The notes beneath the pieces are model-generated. The model was not told the DNA's origin, did not search any database, and was given only the letters and a program-made list of their open reading frames with translations. A stretch of DNA of 64,000 nt, from assembly GCA_964435565.1 (NCBI GenBank), contig CAYSZR010000002.1, forward strand, positions 102-64,101, read 5' to 3'. The stretch is from an uncultured Coriobacteriaceae bacterium (GTDB lineage: Bacteria > Actinomycetota > Coriobacteriia > Coriobacteriales > QAMH01). Shown here one piece after another: positions 44,555-52,900 of this stretch; the first letter of the stretch is position 1; each line of letters starts with the position of its first letter. The translations under genes and the position numbers were made by a program.

Positions 44555-46714
44555 ATGAGAAAACCTGAATTATTAGCGCCAGCGGGCAATCGTGCGGCAT
44601 TCGAGGCTGCGCTGGGCGCAGGTGCAGATGCGATTTATCTGGGCACCGACTTTCTGAACGCGCGCCGCAACGCGGACAACTTCACAACCGATGAGCTGCG
44701 CTCCGCGTGCAGGGATGCACATCTGCGCGGGGCGAAAGTGTACCTCACGGCGAACACGCTCGTCTTTCCGGGAGAGATGCGCGATGCGCTGTCGATGGTC
44801 GGCGCCGCAGCGGAGGCGGGGATTGACGCTGCGATCGTGCAGGATGTGGGACTTATCTCGGCACTGCGCCGCGATCTTCCCGAGCTTGATATACATGCAT
44901 CGACGCAGATGAACATCCGTGACAAGCGCGGTATCGAGCTGGCGACGCGTATGGGTTGTTCTCGCGTGACACTTGCCCGCGAGCTAACCCTTGAACAGAT
45001 TGCGCGTCTGACAAAACTTGGTGTTGACCTCGAAATCTTTGTTCATGGTGCGCTTTGCATCTGCCAATCGGGGCAGTGTCTGCTCTCCTCGCTTATTGGC
45101 GGACGCAGCGCGAACCGTGGGCTGTGTGCGCAACCGTGCCGATTGCCCTACAAGCTTGTCAATGAAGAGGGCAAGCGGCTCGCCGATACGGACCCGTATC
45201 TGTTGAGCCCGCGTGATTTGTGTGCAATCGATTTGCTCCCCGAGATCATCGCGGCGAACGTTGCTTCGATCAAGATCGAGGGCCGCATGAAGTCGACTGA
45301 ATATGTGTCGACAGTCACGTCCGTATATCGCGAAGCGCTTGATCGTGCTTGGCTCAACGAGGAGCCGTTTACCGTATCGGATACGGAGGAAAACGAACTT
45401 GCCGAGGCGTTTAGCCGCGGATTCACCAAAGGTTATCTGGTCGGCGAACGCGGCAATGAGATGATGGGCTATAAGCGTCCCAATAATAGAGGAGTTGCGG
45501 TTGGGCGTGTTGCCGGTTTTTCCGCTGGCAAGGTGAAAGTGACCGCCTCCTCTGAAATCAACGTCGGCGACCTGCTGGAATTTTGGACTTCGAAGGGACG
45601 TGTAATCTACACCGTTAATTCCGAGGACACGCTCAAAGGTGATACGAAGTTTCTGAAGGTCCCTGAGCCCGTTTCAACAGGCGACCGTGTGTTTCGCGTG
45701 CGTTCGGCATCCCTTTTGCAAGCAGCGCAAAAACGCACCGAAGCTGGTCTTGCGATTCCCGTCTCTATTGAAGCGCGGCTGCAACAAGGCGAGCCCGTGT
45801 CCGTTTGCGTGCGCGATGCGGCGGGACACGAAGGCAAGGCGACCGGTGCCGTTATCGAAGCTGCCCGCACGAAGGCTATCACGCGCGACGAGGTCATCGA
45901 GCACGTGGGCAGGCTCGGCGGCACGCCTTATGTGTGTGATGACTGGCATGTCGATCTTGACGAAGGCGTTGGAACTGGTTTTTCCGCTCTGCATAAGGTG
46001 AGGGCAGCGGCGATCGCCGCATTCGAAGACGCCCTGCTTGCAGATGCAGGAAGGCCTGCTTCACAGGCTCAGCGCGTGGAAATCGAACGCGTGAACGATA
46101 TGTCTCGCATGGCGCCATTCGTGACCGTTGTCGACTTCGGTGCTACCGATATAGCCCTCGAGATTGGCGATTTCGAAGCACATCACGCCATTGGCCCCAA
46201 GCTGTATGCCACGAATGTCGAGGCGCTTCAGACTTGGGCCGCGCTCGGCGCTGATTTCGCGTGGCTTTCACCCGAGCTCACCTTGCATCAGATCAAACTG
46301 CTTGCTGACGAATCGCCACTTCCGCTGGGCCTTTTCGTCTGCGGACGTCAGGAACTTATGGTGAGCAGCCACTGCTTCCTTATGGCGCAGGGGGATTGCG
46401 ATGGGCATTGCGCCCAATGCAAGCGCAGGACCGGCGATATGACATATCTGGAAGATCGCAAAGGGTATCGTTTCCCGGTAACGACGGATCTGCAGGGACG
46501 CGGGCATATATATAACGCCGTCTCGCTCGATGTCGTGCATGCGGTGGGCGATCTGGTCCGAGCGGGCGTGCGCGGGCTCGCGATTGACGCGACATTCATG
46601 GGCAAGGGCGAGGCAGAACACGAGGTTAATCGCATACGAAGTGCCATGAACGGTAACAAGGTCGAGAAAAAGCCTGACACGACTACAGGACATCTCTTCC
46701 GCGCCGTGCAGTAG
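44555..46714 (+). CDS. U32-family peptidase (long form)
   Basis: The N-terminus MRKPELLAPAGN....AL.AGADAIYLG and an E..VHGALC..QSGQC motif are typical of U32. Confidence 0.85.
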   Translation: MRKPELLAPAGNRAAFEAALGAGADAIYLGTDFLNARRNADNFTTDELRSACRDAHLRGAKVYLTANTLVFPGEMRDALSMVGAAAEAGIDAAIVQDVGLISALRRDLPELDIHASTQMNIRDKRGIELATRMGCSRVTLARELTLEQIARLTKLGVDLEIFVHGALCICQSGQCLLSSLIGGRSANRGLCAQPCRLPYKLVNEEGKRLADTDPYLLSPRDLCAIDLLPEIIAANVASIKIEGRMKSTEYVSTVTSVYREALDRAWLNEEPFTVSDTEENELAEAFSRGFTKGYLVGERGNEMMGYKRPNNRGVAVGRVAGFSAGKVKVTASSEINVGDLLEFWTSKGRVIYTVNSEDTLKGDTKFLKVPEPVSTGDRVFRVRSASLLQAAQKRTEAGLAIPVSIEARLQQGEPVSVCVRDAAGHEGKATGAVIEAARTKAITRDEVIEHVGRLGGTPYVCDDWHVDLDEGVGTGFSALHKVRAAAIAAFEDALLADAGRPASQAQRVEIERVNDMSRMAPFVTVVDFGATDIALEIGDFEAHHAIGPKLYATNVEALQTWAALGADFAWLSPELTLHQIKLLADESPLPLGLFVCGRQELMVSSHCFLMAQGDCDGHCAQCKRRTGDMTYLEDRKGYRFPVTTDLQGRGHIYNAVSLDVVHAVGDLVRAGVRGLAIDATFMGKGEAEHEVNRIRSAMNGNKVEKKPDTTTGHLFRAVQ

Positions 46715-46757
46715 ACCTTCTGCTAACATAGCGGATTTGAACGAAAAAGAATGATTC

Positions 46758-47987
46758 ATGAAAGGTAAGACCGTGCTTTCCAGTGAAGAACAACTCCATA
46801 TCATCCAATCGGGTGTTGCAAATCTCACGCCGTACGACGGCATGAAGAAGAAACTCGATCGCGGCACTCCGCTTACCATCAAGCTTGGCGTCGACCCGAC
46901 CAGTCCCGATCTGCATATTGGCCACGCTGTGCCTTTGCGCAAGTTGCGTCAGTTCCAGGACTTGGGGCATACGGTCACGCTCATCATCGGCGACGGTACG
47001 GCGATGATCGGTGATCCGAGTGGACGAAATTCCACGCGCCCGCAGCTTTCCGCCGAGCAAATCGACCAGAACGCGAAGACGTACATGGACCAGGCGATGA
47101 AGGTCCTTAATCCTGAGATGACCAAGGTCGTGCACAATCGCGATTGGATATTCGATCTCGATTTGGCCGGCTTGCTCGAGCTGCTGAGCAACTTTACGGT
47201 CGCGCGTATTCTCGAGCGGGATGATTTTTCGAATCGCTATCACAACCAGCAGCCTATCGCTATGCATGAGTTCATCTATCCCATCATGCAGGCCTATGAT
47301 TCGGTCGTTATCAAGGCCGATGTCGAGCTTGGCGGAAACGACCAGCTCTTCAATCTGCTGGCTGGGCGCGAGCTTATGGAAAAGAAGCAGATGGAGCCGC
47401 AAGTCTGCTTGACGCTTCCTTTGCTCGAAGGCCTTGACGGGGTGCGCAAGATGTCGAAGTCCTATGGCAATTACATTGGCCTTACCGATGAACCTGCCGA
47501 CATGTTTGGCAAGGTCATGAGCATTCCCGATACGCTGATGCCCAAGTATTATCGTTTGGCGACGGCCCTGTCCGTGTCAGAAATCGACGAGATTGATGCG
47601 GCGCTTACCGCAAACGAGCTTGACCCGAACAAGGCAAAGCGCCGTCTTGCCCGTGAAATCATCAAGATCTATCACAGCGAACAGGCCGCAGAAGAAGCAG
47701 AAGAGCAGTTCAACAAGGTCTTCAAGGCGCATGATGTGCCCGATGACATTGAGACCTACGATGTCGAGCTTGCTGAGGATGCTGAAAAAGGCGGCGTCTA
47801 TCTGCCTAAGCTGCTTGCCGAGCTCAAGCTTGTCGCAACGGGTGGCGAAGGCAGGCGCATGATCGATCAAGGCGGCGTGAAGATTGACGGCAAGGCCATG
47901 GAAGCCAAGGCATATTACGTGCCGGCAAGTCAGCTGCATGGAGCGACCTTGCAGGTTGGCAAACGCAAATGGGCAAAGCTCGCGTAG
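46758..47987 (+). CDS. tyrS: Tyrosine--tRNA ligase (type 2, C-terminal S4 domain)
   Basis: HIGH motif (DLHIGHAVPL), KMSKS (RKMSKSYGN) and a C-terminal S4-like RRMIDQGGVKIDG. Confidence 0.95.
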   Translation: MKGKTVLSSEEQLHIIQSGVANLTPYDGMKKKLDRGTPLTIKLGVDPTSPDLHIGHAVPLRKLRQFQDLGHTVTLIIGDGTAMIGDPSGRNSTRPQLSAEQIDQNAKTYMDQAMKVLNPEMTKVVHNRDWIFDLDLAGLLELLSNFTVARILERDDFSNRYHNQQPIAMHEFIYPIMQAYDSVVIKADVELGGNDQLFNLLAGRELMEKKQMEPQVCLTLPLLEGLDGVRKMSKSYGNYIGLTDEPADMFGKVMSIPDTLMPKYYRLATALSVSEIDEIDAALTANELDPNKAKRRLAREIIKIYHSEQAAEEAEEQFNKVFKAHDVPDDIETYDVELAEDAEKGGVYLPKLLAELKLVATGGEGRRMIDQGGVKIDGKAMEAKAYYVPASQLHGATLQVGKRKWAKLA

Positions 47988-48020
47988 TGAACTTGCGCTG
48001 CAAGGAGCATGACCGAAAAT

Positions 48021-48060
48021 GAAATTCGCCCCTGGGAGTGATCTCCAGGGGCGAATTTTT
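48021..48060. terminator. Bidirectional rho-independent terminator (tyrS / marR-like)
   Basis: AAATTCGCCCCTGGGAG-tgat-CTCCAGGGGCGAATTT has A-runs upstream and T-runs downstream. It sits between convergent genes. Confidence 0.75.
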
Positions 48061-48079
48061 ATAAGCTAAAGTTTTTCGT

Positions 48080-48568
48080 TTAGTGCTTCGTGCAGTGTTT
48101 CTTGCACCCGCGGTGCTTCTTGCCGCCCTTGCGCTTTCCGTGCGCGCCCTGCTCCTTCGCGGAGAGGATGATCTTCTCGGTCAGGGCGTCGAGCTGGGCG
48201 ATCTCGTCTGCCGAAAGCGGCTCGAGAAGTGTGGCCGCGGCCTTGTCCTGCGCCGCGCAGCGCTTTTCGGCGAGCTTGTCGCCTTCCGCGGTGAGCTTGG
48301 CGGCGTAGGTCTTCTTCTCGCCCGCGTCCTCGATGGTCACGAAGCCGGCGCGCTCGGCCTTGCGCACGATCTCCTTGAGCTTGGTGCGGTCCCAGCTCAG
48401 CTTCTCGACGAGCTCGCGGGAGCTCATCTCGCCGCCGGCCTTGTGCAGGACCTTGAGCAGGGCCCCGACGCCCATCTTGTAGCTCTTGGGGCCGTTCTTC
48501 TTCATGGCGCGGTTGGCAAGTGCGGTCGCCTTACGCAGCTGCTTGAGGGTTCTGGTTGCCTGTGACAT
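48080..48568 (-). CDS. MarR-like winged-helix regulator with a basic Cys/His C-tail
   Basis: The ATG at 48568 follows AGGAAGGA. The wHTH-like core is SSRELVEKLSWDRTKLKEIVRKAERAGFVTIED and the tail is HGKRKGGKKHRGCKKHCTKH. One hand-counted line gave about 68% GC. Confidence 0.65.
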   Translation of the reverse strand: MSQATRTLKQLRKATALANRAMKKNGPKSYKMGVGALLKVLHKAGGEMSSRELVEKLSWDRTKLKEIVRKAERAGFVTIEDAGEKKTYAAKLTAEGDKLAEKRCAAQDKAAATLLEPLSADEIAQLDALTEKIILSAKEQGAHGKRKGGKKHRGCKKHCTKH

Positions 48569-48752
48569 TGTTCTGTCCTTCCTCGAATTATCTACTTTTA
48601 CAATAATCATATTTTCAGATTAACGCAAAAGTAGATAAAAGCAAGACGTTTCGGGAAATTATCACAATTTGAGATTATTATTTTGTAGAATAACTACATT
48701 TCAACTGATGCTGCACGCGAGGGAAAAATTGCGGTATACTTCCTTCTCGCGT

Positions 48753-48829
<77 letters not shown>

Positions 48830-48910
48830 ACTATATGGTTGGGTATAGAAAAAATGTTTCGTTAGTCTATACTCTTCGATATTGTGTGGCGCTATGATAT
48901 GCGCAGCACC

Positions 48911-48986
48911 GCGGCGGTAGTTCAATTGGTAGAGCCCTAGCCTTCCAAGCTGATTGTTGCGGGTTCGAGTCCCGTCCGCCGCTCCA
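48911..48986 (+). tRNA. tRNA-Gly (anticodon TCC), CCA encoded
   Basis: Acceptor GCGGCGG/CCGCCGC, anticodon loop CTTCCAA and T-loop TTCGAGT. Confidence 0.9.
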
Positions 48987-49057
48987 TAGTATCGATCGAA
49001 GGGCATCCGGTGCGATGCTCTTCGTGTTATACGACAAAGAGGATGGGGTTTTGCGTT

Positions 49058-49900
49058 ATGAAACGTATCGTCAGCATTCAGGACATCTCTTGCGTAGGTA
49101 AATGCTCGCTCACAGTTGCTTTGCCGATCATTTCTGCGATGGGCGTCGAATGCGGTATCGTGCCGACAGCCGTGCTTTCTGTGCATACTGCGTTTGATAG
49201 TTTTACCTTTGATGACCTGACCGATCAGATTGACCCAATCTCGAAAAGCTGGAAAGAAAACGGCGTAACATTCGATGCCATATACACGGGCTATCTTGGA
49301 TCCTTCAAACAGCTGGAACTTGTAAGCCGCTTCTTTGACGAGCATAGACGAGACGACACATTCGTGTTCGTCGACCCCGCAATGGCCGATAACGGCGTTC
49401 TTTATAAGGGCTTTACCCCCGAATTCGCGCGTGCCATGGGCGCCGTTGTTTGCTCCAAGGCGGATATCATCGATCCTAACATCACCGAAGCCGCCTTCAT
49501 GTTGGGCGCCGAATACAAAGACGATGGAACATACGATGAAGACTACGTACGCGACCTTCTGCAGGGTCTTACATCCCTTGGTGCAAAGAAGGCCGTGCTT
49601 ACAGGCGTGAGCCTCGAGCCAGGTACTTGTGGTGTATATGGCTTAGACAGTGAGACCGGCGAATACTTCTCGTATTTCAACGAGCTCATTGAGGCACGCT
49701 TTCATGGCACGGGCGACGTGTTCTCTTCTGCAGCCGTTGGCGCGTTGCTCAATGGGCTGCCGCTTGACCGCGCCCTTGCCGTCGCAGCTGATTACACAGT
49801 TGCGACGATCAAGACGACTGTCGGGCACGATGACCATAACTGGTACGGAGTCGATTTCGAGACTGAAATACCCTATTTGCTCAAGCTTATCGGGAAATAA
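49058..49900 (+). CDS. pdxK: Pyridoxamine/pyridoxal kinase (PdxK/PdxY family)
   Basis: IQDISCVGKCSLTVALPIISAMG N-terminus, ribokinase-like fold motifs and a C-terminal GTGDVFS. Confidence 0.8.
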   Translation: MKRIVSIQDISCVGKCSLTVALPIISAMGVECGIVPTAVLSVHTAFDSFTFDDLTDQIDPISKSWKENGVTFDAIYTGYLGSFKQLELVSRFFDEHRRDDTFVFVDPAMADNGVLYKGFTPEFARAMGAVVCSKADIIDPNITEAAFMLGAEYKDDGTYDEDYVRDLLQGLTSLGAKKAVLTGVSLEPGTCGVYGLDSETGEYFSYFNELIEARFHGTGDVFSSAAVGALLNGLPLDRALAVAADYTVATIKTTVGHDDHNWYGVDFETEIPYLLKLIGK

Positions 49901-49903
49901 TCG

Positions 49904-52900
49904 TTATTTATCAGCGTCACCTCCCAGGAATCTGCGCCGGAAGAAGAAGAGGGATCCAAGAACGAGGGCCGCGATGCAGCCACAAGCTGCGAAGGCGAGA
50001 AGCGATTCGTCGCCGGTCTTGACTATATTTCCCAGGACACGGGAAAAGCCAGAGGATGTTTTGTCGGCAACGTGCACGGTCTGACGTTTGTCCTCGAGAT
50101 TTTCATGCGCGATAAGCCTGGAGCCGCTTGCATCGAGTAGCTGCTCGAAGGCGACAAGGTCATGACCGGCAATTCTTCGTGCATCGAGCTCGAAGCAGAC
50201 ATCGGCGCTGCCGCTTTCGCGTGTTGCCACAAAACGCGCTTTGACGGTGACGGGCCGATCATCGACAAGCAGCGGGGATCCGTCCGTCTTGTCCATCAAG
50301 GTACCGGCGATTATGTATTCTCTGCCGCATTCGAGCCCCGTGTATGTAACGGCATCTATGATCTTGCAGTCCAACGTTGCGGCAAGTTCGGAATCGCCGT
50401 CACTTGCATCGGATGCATGCGTTTCGAGTGTAGGCGAGACGATGTGGACAGTCTGCCCTTCATCTGCGAGGTCTGCATGCGTTGCCAATGTCGAGCCTGC
50501 ACGCAGCAGCGTCTCGAACACGACGACGTCTGCGTCGTTATCCATGATCGTGGTGTCGATTTCAAAATCGAGTTCGATACTGCCATGGGCAGTTTCAGGT
50601 GTGAATTTTGCCTGGGCGCTGATGGGGTTGCCAAAAGCATCGAGCGCGGGAGTGCCGGCCAAAGTCCCGTCGTTGACCATAAGGGTTCCCGTGAGTTCGT
50701 ATTCCTCGCCTGGTTTCAAACCCGTGTATGCGACGGTATCTGTAATGGTCGCGACTCGCCCGCGCATGATGACCTTGTCTGCATCAGCTTTGTCAATGGC
50801 GCTTGTCTGAATATTTGGCAGGCTTGCTATGACGGTTTGAGATGCGTTGTCGAGATTCTCATGAGAGGCGATGAGTTTTTCATCTCTATAGAGGTTTTCG
50901 AAGACCACCGCTGTTTGGGTCGTATTGTCGAGCGATGCATCATAGCGGAACGCGACTTCTGTTGTGCCGTCTGTTTTGTCAGGGATAAACGATTGAGTGC
51001 TCTGGATGGTCTTTCCCTGGGCGTCGAGCAACGGTTGGCCCGCTTCCTTGTCCATCAAGGTTCCCACGATGGTATAGCTTGCGCCTGGCTGCAGCCCGCG
51101 ATAGGACACCGCGTCGAGGATACGTGTTCCATCACCTGCTGAAATCTCACGGTCTCCGTCTTCGGGATCGCTTGCGCTCGTGGAAATGTCCGGTGGTTGC
51201 ACGCATACGGTCTGGCCTTCGTCTGCGATGTCTTCATGCTTGGTGATTTCGATGCCATCGCGAAAGAGCTTCTCGAAAACGACTAATTCGGAGCCGGCTT
51301 CGAGCGAGCTCGCGTCGAATGTGACGGTCAGGGGGAATTCGCCGTTTGCGTGTTCGGGCGTGAAGGTTGCGCTTGCCGTTGGCACGTTTCCCGAAGCGTC
51401 TGTGAGGGGCTGTCCTGTTGTCTTGTCCATAAGAGTTGCCACGAGGGTATATTCAGCCGCTGGCATAAGGTTCGCATACGATACGGTGTCTATGATGTGC
51501 GCATCTGTATCGCGCACGACGGTCTTCGTGTTGTCTCGCGAGACGGCGGATGTTTTGATCTGGGGTATTGCGATTGTGACGGTCTGCCCCGCATCATCGA
51601 GGTCTTCATGACGCGCCAGTTTGACGCCCGCGCGCGAGAGCCTTTCAAAAACCACGAGTTCGGCGCCTTCGTCTACGACTGTTGCATCAAGAGAAAACGA
51701 CATATGGGCTACCCCGTCTGAGCTTTCGGGGCTGAACTGCATTGTCGAGCTTACCGTGCTTCCATCGCGTTTTCTGAGCACTGTGCCGCTCTGCTTATCC
51801 ATGACCGTGCCGATAAGCTGGTAGGTCGTTTTTGGCTTGAGTCCCCTGAAGGCTACGAAATCATTAAGCGTTACGCCGTCATCGCGTGCAATGGTCTTTG
51901 ACATGTCATCGCCGCTCGCCGTGCTCTGCATGGAGGGCTGCTCGATGACGATGCTCTGCAAAGCGTCCTCGATATCGATATGGCTGGCGAGCTTGCGTCC
52001 ATCTCGGTATAGCTCTTCAAACACGACGCCGACTGTGGCGACGTTCGTGTTCGAGGCATCAAAGACGAATGGGATATCCACGCTTCCGTCTGATGTGATG
52101 GGAGCAAAGGTGCGAGAAGCGGTTACTTGCTGGCCAAATGGATCTGTTATCGGACGTCCGGTTTGTTTTTCTACGAGAGCACCTTTCATCGTGTATTCGC
52201 GTCCAGGTTGCAGGCCACTGTATGAAACAGTGTCAAGAATCGTTGTTTCTATATCCGCAGAGGCGATCTGATCGCCATCGGCCTGGTCGGCAACGCTCGT
52301 TTCGATTCTTGGAGGGAATACGGTCACGGTCTGGCCTTCATCTGATATATCTTCATGAGTGGCGATTTCCCTATCGCCCCGCGTGAGTTTTTCGAAAACG
52401 ACGAGCTCGGTTCCTGAATCGAGGCCAGTGGCATCGAATGTGAATGCCATATCCACCGTTCCATGCGATTCTTGCGGAGCAAAAGAAGCGCTGGTGCTGA
52501 TAGGAGCTCCGCTTGCAATATATGGTTGCCCGGTTTTCTTGTCCATGATGGTTCCCGTTAGGGTGTAGGTTGCACCCGGGGCTAGGCCGGTGAATGTGAC
52601 GTGGTCAAGCACAGTCGTGTCGACATCTTTGATTACGCGAGCGTCGCCGTCTGTAGCATCGCATGCAGACGTTGCGATGGCTGGCTGCACGACTGTCGCA
52701 GATTGGGAAGCGTCGTCAAGATCTTCATGGCGTGCCAGCACTCTGTCTCCTTCAAAGAGCGTTTCGCAGACGACGATTCGCGCTCCATCGGAAACGACGC
52801 TTGCATCGAAGACAAAGGGGAGTTCAAGAGTGCCGTTGGTGGCGGGCGCCGTAAACGTTGCATGGGATGTCACGGGGGATCCGTCGCTGCTCGGCAGAGC

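Noticed and set aside
46715-46757. A T-box leader upstream of tyrS.
   Set aside because: Only 43 nt separate tyrS from the U32 peptidase stop, which leaves no room for a ~200-nt T-box. No specifier or antiterminator motifs were seen.
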